Source: an uncultured Candidatus Bathyarchaeia archaeon (lineage in GTDB: Archaea > Thermoproteota > Bathyarchaeia > 40CM-2-53-6). From it: a DNA stretch of 64,000 bases. The stretch lies in NCBI GenBank assembly GCA_964649235.1, contig CAZYOZ010000001.1, forward strand, positions 9,102 to 73,101. Direction: 5' to 3'. A model generated the notes under the pieces. The model made no database searches. It worked only from the letters and a program-made list of their open reading frames with translations, and was not told the DNA's origin. Below, one piece after another: positions 21,001 to 29,818 of the stretch (its first letter is position 1; each line of letters starts with the position of its first letter). The position numbers were made by a program, and so were the translations under genes.

Positions 21001-21245
21001 ACATACTGGACTACCTGCTGAACGGGAGAATCAATTTGGTCATTAACATACCAACCAGTGGAAACGGAGCAATAGACCAAGCTATTTTGGAAGACGAATA
21101 TGCCATCAGGAGACTAGCCGTTGAGCACAATATTCCAGTTGTGACAACCCCAGAGCTTGCGTCGGCCATCGTTGAGGCCCTACAGTATCTTAGGTTCGAG
21201 GAACTCGAAATACTCGCGCTCAACGACTACGTTCCAACTGGATGA
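17994..21245 (+). CDS. carB: Carbamoyl-phosphate synthase large subunit
   Basis: Conserved N-terminus (T)PRHEWVRKTLVLGSGAIKIGEAAEFDYSGSQ in frame from ACG 17994, two ATP-grasp halves, MGS domain. Confidence 0.95.
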   Translation, partial: TPRHEWVRKTLVLGSGAIKIGEAAEFDYSGSQCLKALREEGIETILVNPNIATYQTDPKLAGRVYLLPVTADYVEKVIRREKPDSILLGFGGQTALNCGVELAERGILEKHGVRVLGTPVRAIQETEDRELFKQVMLRCGTPIPASASAKSVDECVAHAKQIGYPVIIRVAYALGGKGSAVVWDDQQIKKAAEPALAQSAIHQVLVEEYLHHWKEIEYEVMRDEADNCIAVCNMENFDPMGIHTGDSIVIAPSQTLTNREYHKLRAASINVIRSLGIVGECNIQWALDPQSGNIRAIEVNARMSRSSALASKATGYPLAYIATKLAIGYTLTELWNKITNVTTACFEPALDYVVVKIPRWDLRKFRRIDRHIGPQMKSVGEVMAIGRTFEEALQKAVRMLDTRKLGLVCNHETDESAEQTLETLRHPTEERLWAIIRALKNHLSVDKIHELTGIDPWFLSKISNIVNAEEVLRQSGLDDSAAQLVRYAKELGFSDAQIAACCQADEQSIRDYRARNRINPVVKQIDTLAAEWPARTNYLYLTYGGEDDEIEFQLRKKVIVLGAGVFRIGSSVEFDWSAVNAVLGLKENGIEEAILINCNPETVSTDYDICDKLYFEELTLERVLDIYEKEMPQGIIVSVGGQTANTLAPSLAKHGARILGSSSRTIDRAEDRAKFSSLLDRLDIPQPSWRKATSVQACRRFAREFGYPVLVRPSYVLSGSAMRVADNEQQLEEYLALAASVSQEHPVVISKFFLNAREVEVDGVCDGTTILLGPVMEHIENAGIHSGDATVSIPPKTLPTNIARKVRDYSKEIALGLGVRGPFNIQYLVKGDTVYVIECNARASRSMPYISKSTGRNLIQAAIPVLIGKQKLNRTDASDESEPRHFSVKVPQFSFVRLTGADPVSSVEMLSTGEVACLGRNFSDALAKALEATEISLPRLGGGVLITVGGKELKDRVIPIAIALGSLGFEIYATEHTAQALHLSGLRRVISLHKIGEAEKKPNILDYLLNGRINLVINIPTSGNGAIDQAILEDEYAIRRLAVEHNIPVVTTPELASAIVEALQYLRFEELEILALNDYVPTG

Positions 21246-21265
21246 TCATCGTCGCCTTCTGCCGA

Positions 21266-22417
21266 TCAAGACGCGTGATTCTGCTTCCACTTCTCCGCCA
21301 TCTCGATTCGTTTGGAGGACGGAGGGTGTGTGTAGAAGAGGAGCTCAACCAAACGTTTCGGCCTGTCCACAGAAAGGTCCATGTCAGCGAGGCGGCGCTC
21401 CGCAGACGCCTGCGCATCCGGATCCTCAGCTGCCTCCAGAGCAAACCAATCAGCCTGCGATTCCATTCTTCGAGAGATCCAGTTCGAAAGCGGTTGCAGA
21501 ACAAAACTCACGGCGATGAAGATTCCGAAGATTATTGGAAAGCCGGCCGGGTTGGCGATCTCCGACGATGCAACACCTCTACTGAACCTCAGAACCCGGT
21601 CTGCAATGAAGAACGGCGGAATCGCGAAGAACCCGGAAACTAGTGCGGACTTCCAAACGTCTTTGTTCACGTAATGGCCCAACTCGTGAGCCACGACCGT
21701 TACCGTTTCTCTCCTGGTGAACTTGTCAACCAGAGTATCGAAGACGACGATGGCTTTGCTGCGCCCGATTCCGGAGAACATCGCGTTCGCCCTTATGGAC
21801 CGCCGGCTCTCGTCGGCTACGAGAACCCTGTCAATGTCCTTTGCTCCGACCTTCCTAACCATAGCAATCAGGCTCTCTTTCAATCCCGTGTCGGAAAGCG
21901 CGGTCACTCTGTAGAAAATGGGCATGATTAGGTATGGCAAAATTATTGATAGCACGATCGAAAAGATCGCGAAGAGAACTGCGGCCGCGAACCACCAAAG
22001 CTCCGTGGCTCGTATGAGATAGTACAAGACAAGCCCAAGAATCACGCCGAACACACCTTCGAGCCCCAATTCCTTCACCGCGTCACTGGCCCAATCCCGC
22101 AGAAGCTGTCGGGAGAGACCAAAGCGGTGGTCCACGACGAAGCCTGAGTAAAATGAGAACGGCAACTCCACGACATGTAGGAAGAGTAGGAAAGAGATGA
22201 CGTATGCCGCGACCGCGGCCCAGTATGAGTCGGTCATCGACATTAGGCTCTGGCTCAGAATCTGAGACGCCCCAGTAAGCAGTAGAAACAGGCAGGCGAG
22301 GAGTGGAACGACGGTTCCTGAGATCAGTTCAAGTACCAACTTGATTCTCTCGTAGCGTTCTGCTAAGACGCGCCTATTCTGGTCGTACTTGTAGGACTCT
22401 TCCTGGCTCTTCTGCAA
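21266..22417 (-). CDS. M48 family Zn metallopeptidase (Ste24-like)
   Basis: ANAMFSG, AHELGH, E..AD, YTHPP; several TM helices. Confidence 0.92.
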   Translation of the reverse strand: MQKSQEESYKYDQNRRVLAERYERIKLVLELISGTVVPLLACLFLLLTGASQILSQSLMSMTDSYWAAVAAYVISFLLFLHVVELPFSFYSGFVVDHRFGLSRQLLRDWASDAVKELGLEGVFGVILGLVLYYLIRATELWWFAAAVLFAIFSIVLSIILPYLIMPIFYRVTALSDTGLKESLIAMVRKVGAKDIDRVLVADESRRSIRANAMFSGIGRSKAIVVFDTLVDKFTRRETVTVVAHELGHYVNKDVWKSALVSGFFAIPPFFIADRVLRFSRGVASSEIANPAGFPIIFGIFIAVSFVLQPLSNWISRRMESQADWFALEAAEDPDAQASAERRLADMDLSVDRPKRLVELLFYTHPPSSKRIEMAEKWKQNHAS

Positions 22418-22519
22418 TAGGCTTCAGTCCGCCGTCTACATGAATCGGCGGGCTGTGTATGGGTTCGACTACTTAAGCGCAGTAAATTCAGAGAGGGGGA
22501 TGGCGCTGTCTGGGAGCTT

Positions 22520-22603
22520 CTAGAATGTGCTCGCTTGGACAGGAGCTGCCGGGACTTTTTCCTTTTTCTTCTTTGGCTTGCGAATCATTCTTGGGCTGCC
22601 CAA
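22520..22603 (-). CDS. Possible basic micro-protein (27 aa)
   Basis: TTG-start MGSPRMIRKPKKKKEKVPAAPVQASTF in an intergenic gap. Confidence 0.3.
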   Translation of the reverse strand: MGSPRMIRKPKKKKEKVPAAPVQASTF

Positions 22604-22757
22604 TTTCCGTCATTATACTTTCCATTGACCGCTCATGATAAACACGATTGACATTTACAATGACAAGTTCCTGCCTAAGCCGATGTGTGTCAGATGGTTC
22701 GCCAGTAAGCGTCTGAACTGAGACAAAATTCAGAGATGTTGTGTTGTACGGCCAAAG

Positions 22758-23219
22758 TCACACTGCAGGCACGGCGTATTCGTACTTCTGCTCCGGCTCG
22801 TCAGCAGTCGCGATCCTATACACAATCCTCACTTTGATATCAGGACGTAACATGGCGCGAGCTGAGCAGTATTTCTCTTGGGATAACCTGATCGCTCTCT
22901 CAACAGACTCTTTTCTTATGGCTTTGCCAGAAACCAGGAATTCGAGGTCGATGGTTTCGTAGTAGCGTGGGTCCTCGTCCCTTCGAATGCCCTGAACTGA
23001 TATCACAAGACTCTCAACCTTCTGCCGTTCTTTCTCCAGTATCCAAACAGTATCCATGGCCGTGCAACCGGCCTGTGAAATGAGGAATAGTTCCATCGGT
23101 GTGAATGCTTGCCCCATCTCCTCCGCAGAGTTCAAGACAAGAGTTCTTCCATCGGCTGATTCTCCAGAAAACTTCATTCCCTCAACCCATTTCACTTTGG
23201 CTTTGACCGTGGTGGGCAC
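22758..23219 (-). CDS. OsmC/YhfA family protein
   Basis: PMELFL...AGCTAMD and SQEKYCS cysteine motifs. Confidence 0.9.
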   Translation of the reverse strand: MPTTVKAKVKWVEGMKFSGESADGRTLVLNSAEEMGQAFTPMELFLISQAGCTAMDTVWILEKERQKVESLVISVQGIRRDEDPRYYETIDLEFLVSGKAIRKESVERAIRLSQEKYCSARAMLRPDIKVRIVYRIATADEPEQKYEYAVPAV

Positions 23220-23225
23220 GGCTAG

Positions 23226-24440
23226 TCACACCTCTGTGGTTTGGACGTTGTGGGTTTTTCCGAAATATGCGTTTAGGAGCCAGTCCCAGTTTCCGGAGAG
23301 TGTTCTCCAGTAGAACTTGGCGAAGGTTTTCTTCATCGCGTACCTGAGTCTCGACGGCTGGATCTCCCTTACAGGCATATCATACGACCCGACCACGAAG
23401 GATGCCCTGCCTGAATCCATCTCAAAGGGGCAGTTTATTCTGCCATTGTACCTGTAGATCTCTCTTCTTCGGCGGACTGCAGAAACTATGTTGTTCGTGG
23501 CTACGATGGCCTCAAGGTGTGCTGTTACGCCAGTCTTCGAGACTGGAATATTCGTTGCGTCGCCGATTGCGTACGCGTTCTCGTAGCCAATAATTCTCAT
23601 CGTGTTTTTGTCGGTCGGAATCCATCCGTCTGCGTCACCTATACCTGACTTGAGTATTACATCTGCACCTCGGTGCGGAGGCACCATAATCAGTAGGTCA
23701 TAAGATATCGAATCGCCTTCCAGTGAGTAGACTTCCCGCTTCTGTGCATCGACTGATTCTACGTTGAAGAAGGTGACGACCTCTATCCCTCGTTTTTCGA
23801 AACGAGGTTCGACAACTCTGGACATCGGTTCTGCGGGGTACGGGCGCGGATAAGGTGTAACGTATATCATTTTCACATCCTGGCGGATTCCTCGCTCCCT
23901 AAAATAGTCGTCCAACAAGAAGGCCGCTTCGTTAGGTGAGGGAGGACATTTGTGTGGAACTCCCGCAATCCCGATGACGACGTGGCCTTTTTCAAAATGC
24001 TGAATTGCGTTCCATACCTTCTTGGATTCGGCAGTGCTTGTATGGAAATTCAAGGCAGATTCATTGAGTCCTGGAATCGCACTGGGGTCAGGTACGCTCC
24101 CCGTTGCGATAATCAGATAATCGTACTTGATTGTTTTACCAGATTCCAGCAGGACTGTTTGGTTTTTCAGGTCAAGTCTGTCCGCGTTCTCCTTGATAAA
24201 ATGCACTTCTCTCCTGACTAGGGAATCCTCCTCGCGTACGATCTCGCGCGCGTTTTGATTCTTGAAGGCAACATGTAGGTACCCAGGTTGAAAGATGTGT
24301 TGCTCTGAGCCGGACACTAGGTACACATTGACATTTCCTGCTGCGATCTCCGCTGCGAGTTGCTTGGCGAGCAGGTTGGCAGAGAGGGTGCCGCCTGTTC
24401 CGCCGCCAACTACAACTATGTTCACTGGAGAATTGCTCAA
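23226..24440 (-). CDS. sqr: Sulfide:quinone oxidoreductase-like flavoprotein
   Basis: GGGTGG, YDYLIIATGS, KCPPSPNE, AIGDAT, C-terminal GRINC. Confidence 0.8.
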   Translation of the reverse strand: MSNSPVNIVVVGGGTGGTLSANLLAKQLAAEIAAGNVNVYLVSGSEQHIFQPGYLHVAFKNQNAREIVREEDSLVRREVHFIKENADRLDLKNQTVLLESGKTIKYDYLIIATGSVPDPSAIPGLNESALNFHTSTAESKKVWNAIQHFEKGHVVIGIAGVPHKCPPSPNEAAFLLDDYFRERGIRQDVKMIYVTPYPRPYPAEPMSRVVEPRFEKRGIEVVTFFNVESVDAQKREVYSLEGDSISYDLLIMVPPHRGADVILKSGIGDADGWIPTDKNTMRIIGYENAYAIGDATNIPVSKTGVTAHLEAIVATNNIVSAVRRRREIYRYNGRINCPFEMDSGRASFVVGSYDMPVREIQPSRLRYAMKKTFAKFYWRTLSGNWDWLLNAYFGKTHNVQTTEV

Positions 24441-24452
24441 GAATGGTCGGCT

Positions 24453-24716
24453 CTATTGCCTGCCCTTCTTGACCACTCGGACTTGGATACGAACGTGGTC
24501 TTTTTCGTCTACGACTGCGAGGATTTCGTTTCCGCTGCGTTTTGCCCAGGCTCGGGTATCGCTTTTGGCCGCGGGGTCCGTTGCTAGTAGCTCGATGACG
24601 TCGCCAACGTTGGCATTGCGGTAAGCCTTGAACAGGTCAGTGATAGGCCCAGGACACATTGTTCCACGAGAATCGACGACAACAGTAGGTTTGACAATAG
24701 TTTCGCGGGTAGCCAA
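24453..24716 (-). CDS. tusA: TusA-family sulfur carrier
   Basis: DSRGTMCPGP, ATDP...D. Confidence 0.9.
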   Translation of the reverse strand: MATRETIVKPTVVVDSRGTMCPGPITDLFKAYRNANVGDVIELLATDPAAKSDTRAWAKRSGNEILAVVDEKDHVRIQVRVVKKGRQ

Positions 24717-24730
24717 GCTGTGCCAGCCTC

Positions 24731-25228
24731 CTACACGAAGAGAGTGATCGCGTCCTCCGAGGCCAAGTCGAGGTAAGTGGTTGCTCCGATGATGTCGTCA
24801 ACCTCGGGAATCAAATCATCCTTCGTCAGGCCCATCATGTTCATGGACGGCGAGCATGCGTGGAATTTCACGCCGCCTTCCCTTGCTGTCTGTATCATTT
24901 CTCTAATGCTTGGCATCTTCATCTTCTGCATCTTCTTCTTCATCATCGATGTCACCATTGCACTCATTCCAGGAATCATACCGAGAATGTTGGGCATCGG
25001 CAAGGCCGGGTTTCCCACAGGGGAGATCTTCAACGCGTCAACAGTCTTCTTCGTGATCATATTGATCCCCCAGAAAGTGAAGTAGAGATGCACATCCATG
25101 CCCATTGCTGCAGCCGTGGTAGCCAACATCAGAGGCGGATAGGCCATGTCTAGGCTGCCTTTGGAGCAGATGATGACTAGTTTGTTGCGTTTCTGTAGGC
25201 TCACTGGTTTCTCTTCCAAGACTTGCAT
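24731..25228 (-). CDS. DsrE/DsrF-like sulfur relay protein
   Basis: SKGSLDMAYPPL, YFTFWG, ACSPSM, GATTYL. Confidence 0.9.
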   Translation of the reverse strand: MQVLEEKPVSLQKRNKLVIICSKGSLDMAYPPLMLATTAAAMGMDVHLYFTFWGINMITKKTVDALKISPVGNPALPMPNILGMIPGMSAMVTSMMKKKMQKMKMPSIREMIQTAREGGVKFHACSPSMNMMGLTKDDLIPEVDDIIGATTYLDLASEDAITLFV

Positions 25229-25242
25229 TTCTTTTTCAACTC

Positions 25243-25590
25243 CTAACGGCGACTGGAGACTGCCGCTAAACGAACCAACTTGGAATCCTCACTCGCTTGG
25301 TCAAGAAGAACTGACTGCATTATGTCGCAGGCATTGTTGATGCGCTCGTCAGATATTTTGTAGAACACTGAGTTTCCCTCGCGTCTCTCTACAACCATCT
25401 TCCGATGCCGCATCAGAGCCAGATGCTGTGAAACATTGGCCTGCTTAAGCCCAGTAACCGAGCATAGTTGCCCAACAGTCATCTCACCCTGCCGCAGCTC
25501 ATGAAGCAGCTGGAGGCGCCTAGGATTGGAGAGTATTTTGCAGATTTCCGACTGCATTTTCAGGATTCGTTGTTTTGTAGGCGACAGCAT
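25243..25590 (-). CDS. ArsR/SmtB-family repressor, SqrR/BigR-like
   Basis: CKILSNPRRL, VSQHLALMR, REGNSVFY, C-terminal Cys (NACDIM); first gene of the sulfur operon. Confidence 0.88.
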   Translation of the reverse strand: MLSPTKQRILKMQSEICKILSNPRRLQLLHELRQGEMTVGQLCSVTGLKQANVSQHLALMRHRKMVVERREGNSVFYKISDERINNACDIMQSVLLDQASEDSKLVRLAAVSSRR

Positions 25591-25620
25591 TCCCTTCGCC
25601 GAATATTCGAAAATCAGAAT
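25589..25620. promoter_or_regulatory. Two tandem ATTC-N8-GAAT operator boxes
   Basis: ATTC-ccttcgcc-GAAT (25589-25604) immediately followed by ATTC-gaaaatca-GAAT (25605-25620), abutting the ArsR start codon. Confidence 0.7.
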
Positions 25621-26003
25621 GTGCCTATATTCTTACGGTGTCTAGTCTCTATACTAGGATGTAGAGTATGGCCAATTGCTTCGCTGGTGCACGCCGGTTC
25701 AATGGATGTGTATAGAGGCCAAGGCCGCCGGAGATGGCGCAGGGCTTATGCTTACCGGAAGAACGGGTTTCTGGTTCTGGCAGCGACTCTTCCGAAGCTC
25801 GTCCTCGGTCAAGTCCTTGTCCAGTCTTTCCTCCGAATGGAAATCAATCGATGTTCAATAAGGCTGGGTTAGCGCGGGGACTGCACAAGCTTCACGAGGG
25901 CAGCATAGAGGACTGGGATCGCCATGTATATTGGTACCTCGATGATCAGGGTCAGAGTTTTTCGACTAACTAAACCGTAATTAGGCAGAGCAGGTATATC
26001 ATC

Positions 26004-26053
26004 ACCTCCCGACGAGACGCTGATGTGCTTCCGAAGCTTGCGTGTCGGGAGGT
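26004..26053. other. Strong intergenic stem-loop
   Basis: ACCTCCCGAC/GTCGGGAGGT 10-bp stem with inner ACGC/GCGT and GCTT/AAGC stems. Confidence 0.55.
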
Positions 26054-26152
26054 TGGATGCATTAGCGGAGCGTTTGTGATAGCTGAAACTTTATTACGGC
26101 GAGTTCTGGTGCATGTAGGGAAAGTTTCGGTAAGGCTCGAATTAAGGGCCAG

Positions 26153-26443
26153 ATGAACCTTTTCTCTGCGGAGAGAATACCTAGCTTGAAGGATAGCGAA
26201 AAGGAGATCCCATACGACATTTTCGAGCATCAATTCGTTCCGAAGCATGAGCTTCTTTCAAAGAAGGATGCAGATGAATTGATGCGCGAGTTTCACATAA
26301 GGCCACATCAACTACCCTACATTCGCCTGAATGACCCAGCGGCCAAGGCGTTGGGCGCAAAGGCCGGTGACATCATTCGCATAACGCGCAAAAGCCCAAC
26401 CGCGGGGGAAGTCATCGTTTACCGATATGTTGTTGAAGGTTAA
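26153..26443 (+). CDS. rpoH: RNA polymerase subunit H (Rpo5)
   Basis: HQFVPKHELL, QLPYI..NDP, RKSPTAG..YRYVV; start may be TTG 26186. Confidence 0.95.
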   Translation: MNLFSAERIPSLKDSEKEIPYDIFEHQFVPKHELLSKKDADELMREFHIRPHQLPYIRLNDPAAKALGAKAGDIIRITRKSPTAGEVIVYRYVVEG

Positions 26444-26452
26444 TGTGATATT

Positions 26453-29400
26453 ATGGCAATAACATCAACTTCTACCGTTAGCCCCCAAGTCTGGGAGCTG
26501 ATTAAACACTTCCTAGAAGAGATAGGCCTCGTCAGGCAGCACGTCGACTCCTATAACGAGTTCATCGAAAGTGGATTGCAGGCGATAGTTGATGAGACGG
26601 GTGAAATTCCCATCGAGATCGAAGACTACCCGCTTAAGATTAAGTTGGGCAAGATTGAGATCGGGACGCCGCGAGTAACCGAAGTAGACGGCTCGGAACG
26701 GCAAATATTCCCGACTGAAGCTAGAATCAGAAACCTCACTTATGCTGCACCACTCCATTTGGAGATGACTCCAGTCATCGGAGAGAGGGAAGGCCAGACC
26801 GAGATAGTCTATCTGGGCGACTTTCCAGTAATGCTTCGCTCAAAGATCTGCCCTCTCTCCCGCATGGCTCCTGACGAGCTGGTGAGTATAGGAGAAGATC
26901 CGCTTGATCCTGGAGGCTACTTCATTGTGAACGGTGCAGAGAGAGTCGTTGTTGCCCTGGAGGACCTGGCCGCCAACAGGATACTGGTTGACGTTGAGCA
27001 GACTGGCGTCCATCCAACCTACAAGGCGAAGATATTCTCAACCACTGTAGGCTTTAGGGCGCGTACCGAAGTCACACTCAAGACTGATGCGGCGATCTAC
27101 GTCACTATGCCCGGCGTGCCTTCGGACATTCCGCTAGTAGTAATGATGAAGGCGCTGGGCTATGAGGAAGATTCCAAGATCGCCGAAATGATTTCCACGG
27201 ATGAAACAATTCAGAACCACCTCGCCTCAACCTTCGAGAAATCAATCGGAGTCGTAACTCAACGCGATGCGCTACTCTACGTTGGTAATCGTCTGGCGCC
27301 GGGACAGGTTGAAGACTACCGACTGAAGAAGGCTGAAACAGCGCTCGACCGGAATTTCCTTCCTCATATAGGGCGCAGCCCGGAGGATAGGAAGGAAAAG
27401 GCTGCTTATCTAGCGGAAGTTGGCTGCCGTGTCATAGAACTGAAGCTGGGAATGCGGAAATCCGACGACAAAGATCACTATGCCAACAAACGTCTCAAGC
27501 TTGCCGGTTCTCTTCTTGCCGAATTATTCCGAATTTCCTTCAGGAATCTTATCCGCGACCTCAAGTACCAGCTCGAACGAATAACAATCCGCCGCCATGC
27601 GGAGCTCTCGATAAGCAACGCCATCCGGCCGGGAATCATCTCAGAAAGGATTCAGCATGCGATAGCGACGGGCAACTGGGTTCGCGGCCGCGTAGGCGTG
27701 ACACAGCTGCTTGATAGGACTAATTTCTCGTCTACGTTGAGTCACTTGCGTAGGCTCCAGTCGCCGCTTAGCAGAAGTCAGCCGAACTTGGAGGCGAGAG
27801 ATCTTCATCCCACGCATTGGGGGCGGCTTTGTCCGAGTGAAACACCCGAAGGCTCAAACTGCGGTCTCGTCAAGAACCTTGCCCTCAGCGCTGTTATCTC
27901 CATAGGGGTTGACGCCCGCGAATTCGTTTCCAAGCTCAGAAGAATGGGGGTAGTTGGCGTTGACGAAGCTGATAGAAAACTGCGCGAAGTGGGCGCCAAA
28001 GTCTTCGTGGATGGCCTAATCGCTGGATACGCGCGGGATGCTGAGAAGCTGGCTGCGGAGCTTGTCAGAATGCGCCGGAATGGTGAGATAAGCTCGGAAG
28101 TTAATGTGGCATATTCACCGCCGCAGTCGGAAGGTGGTCGCGCAGAGCTTTATGTTAACTGCGACGATGGCCGCGTTAGAAGGCCCCTCGTAATAGTAGA
28201 AAACAGCAAACCCCACTTGGCCCGGGAGCATGTTGAAGCCGTCCAGCGCGGGGAGATGCGCTGGCAGGACCTCGTTGAACGCGGCATAATCGAATACCTA
28301 GATGCGGACGAAGAGGAGAACGCGCTTGTTGCCGTGACGCCGAACCGAATCAATGAGCACACAACTCACCTAGAAATCGCGCCATACACCATTCTGGGAA
28401 TCTGCGCGTCGCTGATCCCATACCCAGAACACAACCAGTCACCCCGCAACGCATACGAGTCTGCCATGGCGAAACAAGCACTCGGCGTATTTTCAGTCAA
28501 CTACTCAAATCGCGTGGACTCACGGGCGCACGTGCTTCATTACCCACAGGTTCCAGTGGTCCGAACTAAGCCCATGGATATTATAAGCTACGATAACAGG
28601 CCTGCTGGGCAGAACTGTGTCGTGGCACTCTTATGTTACCAAGGCTACAACATGGAAGATGCGATCATCATAAACAAATCTTCGGTTGACCGAGGCCTCT
28701 TCCGATCAACCTTCTACCGAGTCTATGAGGCTGAATGCAGACAATACCTCGGCGGGCTTCGCGACAAGTTCGAGTTGCCCGAGGCTGGCATACGAGGGTA
28801 CAGGGGCGACAGGTACTACCGGCTTCTGGAAGAGGACGGTGTGATTTCAGTCGAATCAAACGTCACCGGCAACATGGTGCTGATAGGAAGAACGAGCCCT
28901 CCCCGATTCTTAGAGGAATACCGAGAGTTTGAGGTCAAGGGGCCGACCAAGAGAGACTCCTCCGTGGGCATGCGTCCCTCAGAAGAGGGCGTTGTAGATG
29001 CAGTGTTTCTCACGGAATCCATCGAGGGCAACCGTCTGGTCAAGGCCCGAGTCCGGGACTCCCGGATACCGGAACTCGGCGACAAGTTTGCGTCAAGGCA
29101 CGGCCAGAAGGGAGTCATTGGGACGCTGATACCTCAGGAGAACATGCCGTTCACTGAGCAGGGAATTGTGCCTGACGTAATCATCAACCCGCACGCGATC
29201 CCGTCACGAATGACCATTGGGCAATTCGTGGAAGCAGTGGCAGGGAAGGTTGCAAGCCTCCGTGGTGAACCAGTCGATGGGACTGCATTCAGCAACGAGA
29301 GGCCTGAGGTTCTGCGTGAAATGCTGCTTGAACTCGGCTTCCAGCACAGTGGCCGGGAGGTTCTGTACAATGGCGTCGACGGCAAGAGACTCGTGGCGGA

Positions 29401-29815
29401 CGTGTTTGTTGGGGTTGTCTACTACCAGAAGCTACACCACATGGTATCCGACAAGATGCATGCCCGAGCCCGCGGGCAGGTGCAGATGCTTACCCGCCAA
29501 CCAACCGAGGGTCGCGCGAGAGGTGGCGGGCTCAGGTTCGGCGAAATGGAACGAGACTGCCTCATCGGCCATGGAGCGTCAGCACTATTGAGGGATCGGT
29601 TACTCGAAGAGTCAGACAAATATACTGTGATGGTCTGCGAAACATGCGGCCTTCTTGCGTACTACGACGTGAAACAGAACAAGTACATATGCCGCATCGA
29701 TGGAGACAAGGCAGTAATCTCTGGAGTGCAGCTTTCCTACGCGTTCAAACTGCTTCTGCAGGAACTCATGGCGCTTGGCGTTGCGCCCCGCTTGGAAGTC
29801 TCGGAGCGTGCTTGA
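26453..29815 (+). CDS. rpoB: RNA polymerase subunit B (Rpo2), unsplit
   Basis: GYFIVNGAE, ETPEG, GYNMED, GDKFASRHGQKG, GLRFGEMERD. Confidence 0.98.
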   Translation: MAITSTSTVSPQVWELIKHFLEEIGLVRQHVDSYNEFIESGLQAIVDETGEIPIEIEDYPLKIKLGKIEIGTPRVTEVDGSERQIFPTEARIRNLTYAAPLHLEMTPVIGEREGQTEIVYLGDFPVMLRSKICPLSRMAPDELVSIGEDPLDPGGYFIVNGAERVVVALEDLAANRILVDVEQTGVHPTYKAKIFSTTVGFRARTEVTLKTDAAIYVTMPGVPSDIPLVVMMKALGYEEDSKIAEMISTDETIQNHLASTFEKSIGVVTQRDALLYVGNRLAPGQVEDYRLKKAETALDRNFLPHIGRSPEDRKEKAAYLAEVGCRVIELKLGMRKSDDKDHYANKRLKLAGSLLAELFRISFRNLIRDLKYQLERITIRRHAELSISNAIRPGIISERIQHAIATGNWVRGRVGVTQLLDRTNFSSTLSHLRRLQSPLSRSQPNLEARDLHPTHWGRLCPSETPEGSNCGLVKNLALSAVISIGVDAREFVSKLRRMGVVGVDEADRKLREVGAKVFVDGLIAGYARDAEKLAAELVRMRRNGEISSEVNVAYSPPQSEGGRAELYVNCDDGRVRRPLVIVENSKPHLAREHVEAVQRGEMRWQDLVERGIIEYLDADEEENALVAVTPNRINEHTTHLEIAPYTILGICASLIPYPEHNQSPRNAYESAMAKQALGVFSVNYSNRVDSRAHVLHYPQVPVVRTKPMDIISYDNRPAGQNCVVALLCYQGYNMEDAIIINKSSVDRGLFRSTFYRVYEAECRQYLGGLRDKFELPEAGIRGYRGDRYYRLLEEDGVISVESNVTGNMVLIGRTSPPRFLEEYREFEVKGPTKRDSSVGMRPSEEGVVDAVFLTESIEGNRLVKARVRDSRIPELGDKFASRHGQKGVIGTLIPQENMPFTEQGIVPDVIINPHAIPSRMTIGQFVEAVAGKVASLRGEPVDGTAFSNERPEVLREMLLELGFQHSGREVLYNGVDGKRLVADVFVGVVYYQKLHHMVSDKMHARARGQVQMLTRQPTEGRARGGGLRFGEMERDCLIGHGASALLRDRLLEESDKYTVMVCETCGLLAYYDVKQNKYICRIDGDKAVISGVQLSYAFKLLLQELMALGVAPRLEVSERA

Positions 29816-29818
29816 GAA

